DNA of 64,000 bases, taken from the NCBI RefSeq assembly GCF_006345805.1, contig NC_042999.1:24366001-24430000 (forward strand), read 5' to 3'. Shown here one piece after another: positions 1-12,232 of the stretch (positions are counted from its first letter, which is position 1; each line of letters begins with the position of its first letter). Under the pieces are notes generated by a model, which saw only the letters and a list, made by a program, of their open reading frames with translations, did not search any database and was not told the origin of the DNA. Source of the stretch: Octopus sinensis (lineage: Eukaryota). The translations under genes were made by a program, and so were the position numbers.

Positions 1-112
1 AGCTTTAGGTGTTTTCGCTCAATAAACACACACAACGCCCGGTCTGGAATCGAAACCGCGATCCTACGACCGCGAGTCCGCTGCCCTAACCACTGGGCCA
101 TTGCGCCTCCAC
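1..112 (-). mobile_element. tRNA-derived SINE family C, 5' head (cut by window edge)
   Basis: Reverse complement reads GGCGCAATGGCCCAGTGGTTAGGGCAGCGGACTCGCGGTCGTAGGATCGCGGTTTCGATTCC with Pol III A box (TGGCCCAGTGG) and B box (GGTTTCGATTCC); second copy at 8245-8430. Confidence 0.8.
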
Positions 113-126
113 ACATATATATATAT

Positions 127-173
<47 letters not shown>

Positions 174-179
174 ATATAT

Positions 180-238
<59 letters not shown>

Positions 239-250
239 CATATATATACC
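113..250. repeat. (TA)n microsatellite
   Basis: Direct sequence. Confidence 0.95.
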
Positions 251-297
251 TTGTGTGTGTGAGACCGATGGAATAAATACTAGATTTAAAAAAATTA

Positions 298-392
298 ACC
301 CTGGGGTCGATTTATTTCACTAATATTCTTTAAGGCGGTGCACCAGCATAGCCACAGTCAAATGAGTGAAAGTCGTAAAAGAGTGAAAGAAA
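298..392 (+). mobile_element. SINE family B 3' fragment
   Basis: ctggggtcgattt...aaggcggtgcaccagcatagccacagtcaaatgagtgaa matches the 3' end of full copies at 28862-29360 and 56649-57053. Confidence 0.75.
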
Positions 393-682
393 AAAAGTCC
401 ATTAAATTTACCAGCAAATAACAGTACCGCACCCTTAACTCAAGCAATGATCACTTTACCACTTGTTCGAAAGTGCGCATAATGAATGTTCTTGATACTA
501 TTGCGCCATTTTGATGATGCTGCGAGAAATGTGAAGAAACTTAAGAAAGAAATACGAACGTTCATGAGAAATTGTGGTTGAATTCAAACGCAATCGTAGC
601 ATAGAAACACACACGCGCGCGCTTATTAAGAGTAAGAGATATTAAAGTTGCCTACATATTTAATGCAATATATATTAGGGAA

Positions 683-1415
683 GGCGGCGAGCTGGCAGAA
701 ACGTTAGCACGACGGACGAAATGCGTAGCGGTATTTCGTCGACTTTGCCTTTCATCCTTTCGGGGTCGATAAATTAAGTACCAGTTACGCACTGGGGTCG
801 AGATAATCAATTTAATCCGTCTGTCTGTCCTTGTTTGTCCTCTCTGTGTTTAGCCCCTTGTGGGTAGTAAAGAAATAGAAATAGGTATTTCGTCTGCCGT
901 TACGTTCTGAGTTCAAATTCCGCCAAGGTCGACTTCGTCTTTCATCCTTTCAATAGATTAAGTACCAGTAACGCACTGGGGTCGATATAATCAACTTCAT
1001 TCGTTTGTCTGTCCTTGCTTGTCCCCTCTGTGTTCAGCCCCTTGTGGGTAGTAAAGAAATAGGTATTTCGTCGGTCTTTACGTTCTGAGTTCAAATTCCG
1101 CCGAGGTCGACTTTTCCTTTCATCCTTTCGGGGTCGATAAATTAAGTACCAGTTACACAGTGGGGTCGATATAATCGACTTAATCCGGTTGTTTGTCCTT
1201 GTTTGCCCTCTCTGTGTTTGGCCCCTTGTGGGTAATAAAGAAATAGGTATTTCGTCTGTCATTACGTTCTGAGTTCAAATTCTGCTGAGGTCGACTTTGT
1301 CTTTCACACTTTCGGGGTCGATAAATTAAGTACCAGTTGTGTATTGGGGACGATGTAATCGACTGGCTCCCTCCCACAAAATTTCGGGCCTTGTGCCTAG
1401 AGTAGAAAAGAATAT
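683..1415 (+). mobile_element. SINE family A array: one tRNA-like head plus four tandem ~180-bp units
   Basis: Head ggcggcgagctggcagaaacgttagcac; units restart at ggtatttcgtc (~884, 1062, 1246) carrying the B box gagttcaaattcc (deleted in unit 1) and a CORE-like segment gccgaggtcgactttgcctttcatcctttcggggtcgataaattaagtaccag; last unit has an alternative tail (gggccttgtgcctagagtagaaaagaat). Confidence 0.85.
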
Positions 1416-1423
1416 ATAACATT

Positions 1424-1650
1424 AGAGCGGCGAGTTGGCAGAATCGTTAGCACACTGGGCGAAATGCTTAGCGGTATTTCGTCTGCCGCTAACGTTCTGA
1501 GTTCAAATTCCGCCTAGGTCAACTTTACCTTTCAACCTTTCGGGGTCAATTAACTAAGTACCAGATACGCACTGGGGTCGATATAATCGACTTAATCCGT
1601 TTGTCTGACCTTGTTTGTCCCCGCTTTGTGTAGCCCCTTGTTGGCAGTAA
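1424..1650 (+). mobile_element. SINE family A monomer
   Basis: Same head, B box and body as 683-1415. Confidence 0.85.
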
Positions 1651-1679
1651 AGAAATATATATATTTGTATATGTATGTA

Positions 1680-1868
1680 TTTGTGTTTTTGTGTCTGTGT
1701 TTGTGTCCTCTCCCACAATCGCTTGACAACGCAACTGACGTTGGTGTGTTTACATTCCTGTAACTTAGCGCTTCGGCAAAAGAGAACCACTAGAATAAGT
1801 CCTGGGGTCGATTTATTCGACCACAACCCCTTAAGGTGGTGCTCCAGCACGGCCGTGATCAAATGATG
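1680..1868 (+). mobile_element. SINE family B 3' half
   Basis: cgcttgacaac...ttggtgtgtttacattcctgtaacttagcg...ggggtcgatttattcgac...ggtgctccagcacggcc. Confidence 0.75.
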
Positions 1869-1907
1869 GAAGCAAGTAAAACAACAAGAAAATTAAAGAA
1901 TGTGTGT

Positions 1908-1949
<42 letters not shown>

Positions 1950-2051
1950 GCGTGTGCGTGTGTGCCTGTGATTTGTGCGTGTGAGCTTATGCCTGAATTT
2001 GATGAATGAAGCATCGTAAAATCACAAAGCCCGATGGTTTTCATGAGTATT

Positions 2052-2319
2052 CATACATACATACATACATACAAATATACATACATACATACATAATACA
2101 TACATACATACATACATACATACATACATACATACATACATACAAATATACATACATACATACATAATACATACATACATACATGCATACATACATACAT
2201 ACTACATACATACATACATACATACATACATACATAATACATACATACATGCATACATACATACATACATACATACATACATACATACATACATGCATAC
2301 ATACATACATACATACATA

Positions 2320-2350
<31 letters not shown>

Positions 2351-2387
2351 CATACATGCATACATACATACATACATACATACATAA

Positions 2388-2421
<34 letters not shown>

Positions 2422-2482
2422 CATACATACATACATACAAATATACATACATACATACATAATACATACATACATACATGCA

Positions 2483-2516
<34 letters not shown>

Positions 2517-2563
2517 CATACATGCATACATACATACATACATACATAATACATACATACATG

Positions 2564-2595
<32 letters not shown>

Positions 2596-2832
2596 CATAC
2601 ATGCATACATACATACATACATACATAATACATACATACATGCATACATACATACATATATACATACATGCATACATACATACATACATACATAATACAT
2701 ACATACATGCATACATACATACATATATACATACATGCATACATACATACATACATACATAATACATACATACATGCATACATACATACATACATACATG
2801 CATACATACATACATACATACATACATACAAA
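2052..2832. repeat. (ATAC)n tetranucleotide array, ~780 bp
   Basis: Direct sequence; source of the MYVC/HTYI pseudo-ORFs. Confidence 0.95.
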
Positions 2833-2943
2833 CGTACATACATGTGCTTACGAGTATGTAAAAATGTTTAGATACAATTATATATATATATATAAATACA
2901 TTGTGTCTGCCTTCCAAATGCTGTTTTTACTGAGATCTCCCTT

Positions 2944-3035
2944 TTTAGTAGAAGAAATAGCTATAACCCTTTGACTGCTATTTCTAAATTCGGTATGTGG
3001 TAAGGCAATTCGTTGCTAAACCCTTATTGCTTAGT
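2944..3035 (-). repeat. Dispersed repeat fragment homologous to the duplicated unit at 45773-45860
   Basis: tgactgctatttctaaattcggtatgtggtaaggcaattcgttgctaaaccctta is a near reverse complement of taagggtttagcaacgatttgcctcaccacacaccgaatttagaaatagcagtca. Confidence 0.75.
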
Positions 3036-3419
3036 ATATATAAATACATATATAAATATACGTATAAACGTGTGTTTTTATTATATATCTGCATTATATA
3101 CGTACATGCGTACGTCTGTTTATGTTGTATAGTGTACAGTACAACATCTTTATTTACTGCTCTATTTCTATATAAAATGTACTGGGTTTTTCTAAGTTTA
3201 TATCTAGTGGCAGTATGATTATGTCTGTGAACATGTGTGTTTTCTGGTTCACACAATGAATAATAAAATCAAACTGTAAAACAACTTTAAAGCCTATGGT
3301 GAATGCGTCATTTTAAGACTTTACAAATTCACAGATATTTTCAAATTTCTTGGGGGATTCTACTGTCATCTTGTTTTATGTTTGTTTTATTGTAAGGTCT
3401 GCATTAGTCGTATGGTATT

Positions 3420-3421
3420 GC

Positions 3422-3489
<68 letters not shown>

Positions 3490-3553
3490 ATAATATATAT
3501 ATAGGGAGAGAGAGAGAGATAGATAGATAGATATAATGCATACATATAATAGT

Positions 3554-3590
<37 letters not shown>

Positions 3591-3640
3591 GGACACACAC
3601 ACACACACACATACACACACACACATATATATATATAAGA
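3420..3640. repeat. Compound (TA)n/(AG)n/(AGAT)n/(CA)n microsatellite
   Basis: Direct sequence. Confidence 0.9.
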
Positions 3641-3999
3641 ATTAATGTTTTTATATATAATGAACGTGAAATACAGGAAGGGACGAACACGGAACACAGA
3701 CAAAGCATTCGAAGCCTTCAATCTTCAGTCAGACACCGAATCATCATAGCAAATTTCGGCTGTTCAATTCTGATATTTGCTCCAACTCGGCCAGCCCCAA
3801 GAAAAAAACTAAGCTGTAAGCATTAGATTTCTTGGTAGAAGACAGGAATGTGAACGCACAAGACGGATGTGAATACAAGAGACGAAACGAAATTGAAAAC
3901 AGTAATAAAAAAAACAATATATTAACGGTGGTTGTCATACGACTTTAGACCAAATGAGACAAAACAACAACACATAGCAGCTGGCGTAGAAATAATTAC

Positions 4000-4020
4000 C
4001 GTTTCGGTAGCGGGACACAT
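4000..4020 (-). CDS. Candidate first coding exon of an unidentified host gene (MCPATET)
   Basis: Minus strand ccaacATG TGT CCC GCT ACC GAA ACG|GTAATT: A at -3, phase-0 GT donor, preceded by ~250 nt of pyrimidine-rich non-repeat sequence; no downstream exon identified. Confidence 0.25.
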
Positions 4021-4379
4021 GTTGGTCGAGATACGAAGGCCAACAGAATGGTTGAAGAAGCAGCAGGTCGCAGGAGAGAGAGAAAGAGAGACAGAGAGAG
4101 AGGGAATCAAAGAGGGTGGAAGGCGGGGACAGAATCAGTGACCAAGAGAGAAGGAGAAGAAGGGATTAAGGAGGATGGGAGGAAGAGAGGGAAGAATCGG
4201 AGGGCGCCAAAAAGTTTGGTGAAGAAGCAATGGCGGGTAGTAAAAGACAGTGTGTATAGAAGTCGTGCAGGGTTTAAAATTGGACATATATATATATATA
4301 TATATATACATACTTGTATGCACATATATAGATATATATTTGTGTGCGTGTATATGTATACATATATTTATGCATATAT

Positions 4380-4447
4380 ATAGAGAGAGAGAGAGACACA
4401 CACACAGACAGACAGACAGATAGATAGATAGATAGATAGATAGATAG

Positions 4448-4479
<32 letters not shown>

Positions 4480-4530
4480 CTGATAGACAGATAGATAGAT
4501 ACATAGATAGATAATTAGACAGATAGATAG
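4380..4530. repeat. (AG)n/(AC)n/(AGAT)n microsatellite
   Basis: Direct sequence. Confidence 0.9.
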
Positions 4531-4967
4531 AAATGCCTGCATGCATTTCTGTATTATTGTATGTGTGTGTATATGTATGTATTTACGTATGTGCGTGTAT
4601 ATGCATGTTTGATTTTCATTGTGTTTTGTATAAACGTCTTTCTGTAAGAAAAAAAGTACACAACAGCAGTCATAAAAATAGGGACAAAATACTCATTATG
4701 TGTCACATGACCTCTATTTTAGCGATTATTTATTTATTTATATTTTTTTCTTTTATATGGTGGGTGTTCTTACTGAGTAATATATCTAAGTGTAAGGTCG
4801 TTGCTGACTTGCACTTCTCTAACCGCAAACTATTGTTGTCAACGTAATGGCCATCTGAATCTGTTCACCCATTGTTAAGGCGCTGTCATGTTAGATCGCT
4901 TGAGTGACGGACAAATTACAAAGGTGTATCTGTACGATAATGGTGAGTTTTTTTTACCCTGTCACCC

Positions 4968-5570
4968 AACATCTATTTCTTTACTACCCTCAAGGAGCTA
5001 AACACAGAGGACAGACACACGGACAGACAAACGGATTAAGTCGAATATATCGACCCCAGTGCGTAACTGGTACTTATTTAATCGACTCCGAAAGGATGAA
5101 AGGCAAAGTCGACCTCGGCGGAATTTGAACTCAGAACGTAGCGGCAGACGAAATACCTATTTCTTTACTACCCATAAGGGGCTAAACACAGAGAGGACAA
5201 ACAGGGACAGACAAACGATTAAGTCGATTACATCGACCCCAGTACGTAACTAGTACTTATTTAATCGACCACGAAATGATGAAAGGCAAAGTCGACCTCA
5301 GCAGAATTTGAACTCAGAACGTAGCGGCAGACGAAATACCTATTTCTTTATTACCCACAAGGGGCTAAACATAGAGAGGACAAACCGGGACAGACAAACG
5401 ATTAAGTCGATTACATCGACCCCAGTACGTAACCGGTACTTAATTTATCGACCCCAAAAGGATGAAAGGCAAAGTCGACCTCGGCGGAATTTGAACTCAG
5501 ACGTAACGGCTGACGAAATACTGCTAAGCATTTCGCCCGGCGTGCTAACGTCTCTGCCAGCTCGCCGCCT
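4968..5570 (-). mobile_element. SINE family A array: head plus three tandem units
   Basis: Head gctcgccgcc at ~5560-5569; unit junctions gaaatacctatttc at 5150 and 5333. Confidence 0.85.
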
Positions 5571-5984
5571 TATTCTTGCTGCGTCTGCTACTTTTTGTGA
5601 GGCGTTTAGTTCCATGTTGGTTATGATCAAGTCATTCCATTTGTGACCGTCCCATCTGCTAAGATATGGATTATCTCAGATTCCATGACCAAACATGTAT
5701 TTTTCTCTTTTTATCAAAATGCTAGGGCAATGCTTCTTAATTTGGGCATTAGCACCCCTCTTTGTGCAACTTGTGAGATCTTGAGGGATAGCAAATATCC
5801 AAGTGGAGCTAGAAGGCGCTGGGTATTTAGAGGGGTCGTGTATATTTCTAGAAATTAAGTATTTAAGATATTCGGAATGTTTTTAATAGATAGCCCGTTT
5901 TGAAACACCATGGGCGGAATCAGAATGTGAATAGGACATTGCATTATAGTATTATTATAGAACAGAGAAGGCTGTCAGTTGACA

Positions 5985-6125
5985 GAGTCGTTGGCAGCCG
6001 GGCGAAGTGTTTTGCGGCAATTCGTCCGTCCTTACGTTCTGAGTTCAAGTTTCACAGTGGTCGACTTTGCCTTTCATCCTTTCGAGGTCGATAAATTAAA
6101 TACCCTTGTGCCAAAATTTGAGACA
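5985..6125 (+). mobile_element. SINE family A, degenerate fragment
   Basis: ttacgttctgagttcaagttt...gtcgactttgcctttcatcctttcgaggtcgataaattaa. Confidence 0.7.
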
Positions 6126-6128
6126 TCA

Positions 6129-6162
<34 letters not shown>

Positions 6163-6265
6163 CATCATCATTATCATTATTACTATTACTATTACTATTA
6201 TTATTATTATTATTATTATTATTTATTATTATCATCATCATTATCATTATTACTATTACTATTAC

Positions 6266-6304
<39 letters not shown>

Positions 6305-6352
6305 CATCATCATCATTATCATTATTACTATTACTATTACTATTACTATTAC

Positions 6353-6386
<34 letters not shown>

Positions 6387-6400
6387 GTAATTATTATTAG
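6125..6400. repeat. (ATT/ATC/ACT)n trinucleotide array with internal ~85-bp duplication pattern
   Basis: Direct sequence. Confidence 0.9.
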
Positions 6401-7163
6401 CTTATTTCTCTCCTTTCTTAAGCAAATATTTTAATATTGATCTATTATTAGGAGCAAACTCTTTAGGGTAGTGGATGGACAAAGTCCTTAAAGGGCTGGA
6501 CTAAATTCTTTGCAGTATTTCTTCTGGTTCTTTATGTTTATATAATGCTATAGTGAAGTGTCCCTTTTCTCTATCAAGGGTCGATAAAATAAAGAACTGG
6601 TTACAATTCAATCGACTAAAGCTTCACACAATATTTCTTCAAAATGTGTTTATCACCACAAAGCTTCACAACCGATGTTGGTTTGTTTACGTTTCCGTAA
6701 CTTAGTGGCTTCTCACAACAGGCCGATTAGAAAAGTATCAAACTTTAAAAATTATTAAAAGGGTCGATTTCTTCACCCAACTCCTTGAAGGTGATGCCCC
6801 AGCATGGTCACACTTCAATGAATGGAACAAGTAAAAGATTGGAGATATTCCCCTTTTTTTCCTATTATTCATATTTCTCATAAGAGAATATGACTAATAA
6901 ATCAGTATGCAGAATTAGTTTTAAGTGGGTGGGACATTTGTAAAATTCCATTACAGGAAGCGGGTAGTGTGTTGCAAAATGCAGAGCACAACCACAATAA
7001 AATCGCAATTTTGAAAGAAATTTCACTACTATATCTAGCGCATCGAGAGATCTCATGGAAGTTACCCATATTAAAGCGACGTACTCTGTTCGAACCATAC
7101 AATATCGATTTAGTTTCGTTACTGGAACTGTCAATTGTTACGAGTGGTGTCTTTTTTTACTTA

Positions 7164-7560
7164 TCTATTATATAAAATCCGTTCTGTGTGTGTGGCTTCT
7201 AGGATCTCGGGCATCCTCCATCCGATTGTGCTCAAATTTGATATGTAGATACCGACGGTATCAGGGCGTGTATAAGTCTTGAAAAAATTACAAAAATCGA
7301 TTCCAGGTGAGAATGCGATCGATAAAGCCTCGGGAAATCGTTTTTCTTTGGAATAGAAAAAAGTCTATCTTTATTTCTTCTTTTGCTGGTGTCTCAAATT
7401 TAGGTTCAATCAATGTTTCTCAGAGAGGAGGCCTATGGGACGGTCGGCCAAGTTGTTTTGAGGAAATTTGGTTGAAATATTTGACAACCCAGCACCGTCC
7501 ATTGGACGGTGGGGCCGTTGGCTCGTTCAAATATAAACATGCTCAATGAACGACAGGCGT
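7164..7560 (+). mobile_element. Possible non-autonomous Helitron, 5' end only
   Basis: A|TCTATTATATAAAA followed by a short tgtgtgtg tract as in the other Helitrons here; internal hairpin caccgtcc-att-ggacggtg; no hairpin+CTAG 3' end found, right boundary is a guess. Confidence 0.35.
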
Positions 7561-8244
7561 AAATAAATCTAACTTGCTGATTCCGTACCGGAAAGCTTGT
7601 TTACTGCGCCTTGTTGAATAACGCTTGTGAATTACGATAAATATTAGTTTCAGAAACACGGCAAATCTGGTTTTAATTAGAAAAGGTTGAATTCCTAATA
7701 GCTGAGTTGCATGGTTTTATGCTAGCATTTGATGGTGCTTCCATCTGTTATGCTAAATAACTCGGACTCTCATATTTCCTGGATACCCTCAATTAATTCC
7801 GTGAGAATTTAATGTACCGATTAAGGGTTTTGACCTAGGATACACAGTTATAATAACAGTTGCATAACAAGGATCGTTAAATCAATCGAAAGCACAGATA
7901 TTCGTGGTCTTCAATAATTATATAAGAAATAGTTGCCGTCGTCTTCTTCTTCCAATCAGGATTCACACTATTAGTTACAAAGAATAATATCTAATTCGAG
8001 CCTACTCTAAGCTACAAAAAATGCGTGTGGCAACTTGAAGATCTACCCACCACACACGATAGACTGGCGGTTGCACGGGCGCAAAAGCTACGTTGTTATC
8101 CTTATTCCGTAAAGGGTGGCTTTTAACGGGTGGAGAGCTGAGCCATTCTGGGGTACAGGGGATTCGCAATCTAGACTAGGGTCTGGAAGTTTACCACACC
8201 ATAGTGGGTTACACCATGGTTCCTCTGCTTTGTAGCAGAAGTAG

Positions 8245-8430
8245 AAAGAAAGAGTGAGAGAAAGTTGTGGTGAAAGAGAACAGCGGGGTTCACCGCCACT
8301 GCCGGAGCCTCGTGGAGCTTAGGTGTTTTTGCTCAATAAACACTCACAATGCCCGGTCTGGGAATCGAAAGCGCGCACTTACAACCGCAAGTCCGCTGCC
8401 CTAACCACTGGGCCATTGCGCCTCCACTGT
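8245..8430 (-). mobile_element. SINE family C
   Basis: Ends in ccctaaccactgggccattgcgcctccac, identical to 84-112. Confidence 0.8.
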
Positions 8431-8449
8431 TGTTGCTGCTGTTACTATT

Positions 8450-8660
8450 AAGGTAGCGAACTCGTAAAATGGTCGACGTGACAGACAAAACGCTTAGTGG
8501 CATATCTATCGACTCTTTATGTTCTGAGCTCGAATTCCTATAAGTTAACTTTGCTTTCCATCTTTTCGGGGTCAATAAAATAAAGTACAAATTAAGTACA
8601 GAGACTGTTGTAATTGATTTGCCCCATCCCTCAAATTGCTGATTTGCGCCAAAATGTGAA
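8450..8660 (+). mobile_element. SINE family A, old degenerate copy
   Basis: aggtagcgaactcgt...cgcttagtggcat...gttctgagctcgaattcc...ctttgctttccatcttttcggggtcaataaa. Confidence 0.55.
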
Positions 8661-8839
8661 ACTTTTATTTGGATTGCTAAGCTACAACAATTGTTAACAT
8701 GTTAGACACAATGCTTAGCGATATTTCTTCCGGCAGTTTACGCTCTAAGTTCAAACCCCAGTGATAAACAGAATACATTCGTGTGCGTATATCAAAGAGA
8801 GAGATTCGGAACATGGACAGAGTGGATTGTGCGATCTAC

Positions 8840-9168
8840 TATAGCCTCGAGCCGACCAAAGTGAGTGGAATTGGTAGTCGGAAACTGAAAGAAGCCCGCC
8901 GTATATATGTATGTGTGTGTGTGTGTGTGTGTGTGTTGTGTGTGTGTGTGTGTGTGTGCGTGCGTCTGTGTTTCTCCCCCCAACATCGCGTGACAACCGA
9001 TGCTGGTGTGTTTACGTCCCCATCACTTAGCGGTTCGGCAAAAGAACCCGTTAGAATAAGTACTAGGCCTACAAAGAATGAGTCCTGGGGTCGATTTGCT
9101 CGACTACAGGCGGTGCTCCGGCATGGCCACAGTCAAATGACTGAACCAAATAAAAGAGTAAAAGAGTA
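8840..9168 (+). mobile_element. SINE family B, 5'-truncated, with internal (TG)n
   Basis: ggaaactgaaagaagcccgccgtatat...gacaaccgatgctggtgtgtttacgtcccc...ggcggtgctccggcatggccacagtcaaatgactgaa...aaagagtaaaagagta. Confidence 0.85.
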
Positions 9169-9208
9169 ATATTATTATTATTATTATATTATTATTTATT
9201 ATTATTAC

Positions 9209-9241
<33 letters not shown>

Positions 9242-9300
9242 CATCATTGTATATGTATGTATATATATATATATATTATATATAATATATATATATATAA

Positions 9301-9338
<38 letters not shown>

Positions 9339-9875
9339 TAATTCATGGTTGACTTAGTCTTTACAGCTTACCTCCTCACGCCTAGGACGGTCCGTCAAGC
9401 ACCATTCAGATTAAAGCTACAGTAACACAGATTGAGTCAATTCTCATTATTAAGGAACGACTAGGTATTGTGTTGTTGCGTGGCTCTTTCCCGTTCTCTA
9501 TGCCTAATACTCTTCCGAGAATTGTACTCGCCTTTGACTTATGAGAGAAGACAGGCAAATATACATGCATCTTGGTATTCGTTTTCATTACAAGTCATTG
9601 GATGGAAATTCTACAGAATTGGTATTTGTATAGAAATTAATTATAATACCCCACATTTTCTATTCATCTATTTTGCCGAATGGGTCAGGATCTGAATCTA
9701 CTCAGTCACAACTAATCTAAGACTTCTTGTCCTGGTATTGTATTTAATAAACTTGATAGAAATTAAATCTTAGTGACAAGCTTAAGAGTAGATGAAGCCA
9801 ACATATACGCTCATTCATAGCGGATAAATAGCGAGAACTCTTGTTCACTGTTACTGATCATTAGGAAGCGAGTAG

Positions 9876-10078
9876 ATAGCGAAATGGCAGAAACGTTAGC
9901 ACGCCGGGCGAAATGCTTAGCCGTTACGTTCTGAGTTCAAATTCCGCGCCGAGGTCGACTTTCCCTTTCATCCTTTTGGGGTCGATAAATTAAGTATTAG
10001 TTGCGTACTGGTGTCGATCTAATCGACTGGCCTCTTCCTCCAAAATGTCGGGCCTTGTGCCTAGAGTAGAAAAGAATA
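9876..10078 (+). mobile_element. SINE family A monomer with alternative tail
   Basis: tggcagaaacgttagcacgccgggcgaaatgcttagc...gagttcaaattcc...gggccttgtgcctagagtagaaaagaat. Confidence 0.85.
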
Positions 10079-10581
10079 TATTATATCCTCCATAACGTTT
10101 AATGTAGACAAAACTATCTAAAGGACTAAGTTGTACTGATAATTATTAATAATGTTTCAATGGAAATTTCAGATGTATTGACAGCGATATAGATGCCAAG
10201 ATACGAACCTGATTTGCTTAAGCTGCAAAATGCAATAAAAGAGAAAATGTAGAGTATTCCCTCTTGACGCTGTAAAGTCAAAGCAGAGTGTTTTCCTGTA
10301 CATCAAAGTAGAGCCAGTTAGAAGCATCAGTTGTGTTCAGCATATCGTATCATATGATCTTTCTGATTAATGGGAATCGACTCGATTTGTCTCTTACCAC
10401 TGTAACCATTTCGATAACAGTTTGTTTTAGAAAAAAGTATCTCAAAGTAACTTGTGTGTTAAAAACAAGCAATAGGGCTTCGATCAGAATACCGGTGGAT
10501 AACCAGACGTGTTTCAGCCTGGCTTGGTTTTCTCAGTGCCGTTCTGTACTAAGCTGAAAAAGGTTTGTTGCGATATGGAAA

Positions 10582-10973
10582 TCTTTATATATAAAACTGT
10601 AGTTGTGTGAGTGTCTGTCCCCTTCGATTTAGATTCCTAACTACTCCCACATTTTGCGGTGCAGTGTAACCAAAACTGGGTATCTTATAGTCGTGATTCA
10701 TATCGAGCCCTTCTGGGTATTAGCGCGCGTCTACAATGAGTCTACGATTTGTAAAATAATTTAACATAATTTTTTCCATTTTAACGCATATTTTTTTAAT
10801 AAAGGGAAGTAACTCTCAAAAAATGTCTACGATGAGTCAACGATTAAAAAAAATTACCATAATTTTTTTTCCATTTTTAATGCATTTTTTGCTATTTTTG
10901 AGCTATAACTCTCTAAAAATGCTTTATAGTTATTTCCCTTACAAACCCGAGCAACGCCGGGCGATACTGCTAG
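10582..10973 (+). mobile_element. Non-autonomous Helitron family H1
   Basis: A|TCTTTATATATAAAA 5' end; subterminal hairpin cccgagcaacgccggg; CTAG|T 3' end; no TSD; sister copies at 42567-42961 and 61998-62385. Confidence 0.85.
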
Positions 10974-11534
10974 TTGGTAATAAAACATTTACAGATTTGT
11001 GAGGAAGTTAACCAAGCTAAAAGTAAATAAATGTACGCGCACGAAACAGGCTTAGATTAAGATACTGATGTGAATAACATTTATAATATGTATACAAACG
11101 TGAAACAACACAAGCTGTTACAATTTTGTTACAAAATGTCTGAAAGTAATTTTTGTGTTTAAAACACAGAACCTCGTTCAATACACAAGTATATCGCAAG
11201 ATATGCGCATGTGTGCTTTGTGTGTATGTACGGCTTTGTGCAGAATGAGTGAATAAAAAAAGGCACAGATAGCAAGAGTATAGTACCTTATTCTCATATA
11301 TACACACAGGACACACATACACATACTTAAGAAGGAATAAGGAAAAATAGAGAAATAACTAAGTAAAGAAATGAATGAAAAAACTAAATAAAAGACACGG
11401 GGACAAATGGTATAGTAAGCAGACACATAGGCACACAAAACACACATGCTAAACATATAGACACACGCAGAAACACGCACTATAACACAAACATACACAC
11501 ACATAAGCATATCCCGAAGTATATATACACTTTA

Positions 11535-11567
11535 GATGAGTTGTAGTGCACCTGAGCACTGTACACA

Positions 11568-11629
<62 letters not shown>

Positions 11630-11670
11630 CATTATTATTATTATTATATAACGATAAATAAATATATATA

Positions 11671-11752
<82 letters not shown>
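11535..11752 (+). repeat. Short retroposon-like 3' end followed by (TTA)n and (TA)n
   Basis: gagttgtagtgcacctgagcactgtacacaa runs directly into a long (TTA)n tract; family not identified. Confidence 0.4.
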
Positions 11753-11753
<1 letters not shown>

Positions 11754-11810
11754 AAAGTTTACGAAAATAAAAAAAAGACAAAGGCAGGTGGAGTACAAAC
11801 AAACAAATGT

Positions 11811-11910
11811 NNNNNNNNNNNNNNNNNNNNNNNNNNNNNNNNNNNNNNNNNNNNNNNNNNNNNNNNNNNNNNNNNNNNNNNNNNNNNNNNNNNNNNNNNN
11901 NNNNNNNNNN
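11811..11910. other. Assembly gap (100 N)
   Basis: Run of N; true length unknown. Confidence 1.
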
Positions 11911-12232
11911 CACAACACCCTGACGAATACTAATCACACACATACACACACACAAATTTTCTTATCATTATCAAGGAATGTATAAACTGTATTTTAATAC
12001 TTTTGTGATAACCAATACTTAAAACAACAAAGCTTACACAAAGCTTTATGTTTTACTTTTGACAAAGTCCATTGCATTTTCAAACCTTCTTTCAGATATA
12101 TATATGGGTGTGTGTGTGTGTTTTATATATATATGCATATATTACATATATATATGTAATATATACTTATATATATAATAATATATAAATAATATATATA
12201 TATACTTTATCTAAAGCAGCAGAAAATTCAAC

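Noticed and set aside
40-112. tRNA-like sequences at SINE heads (also 29290-29360, 56649-56720)
   Set aside because: A and B boxes are present but there is no paired acceptor stem, and each continues into a multi-copy SINE body; not tRNA genes
2041-2917. Long ORFs (MYVC.., HTYI.., CVCV.., IYIY..) here and at 18.4-19.6, 31.7-33.5, 37.6-38.0 kb
   Set aside because: They are translations of tetra- and dinucleotide microsatellites that lack stop codons by construction
11811-11910. ORFs spanning the N run
   Set aside because: Assembly gap; contiguity across it is not established
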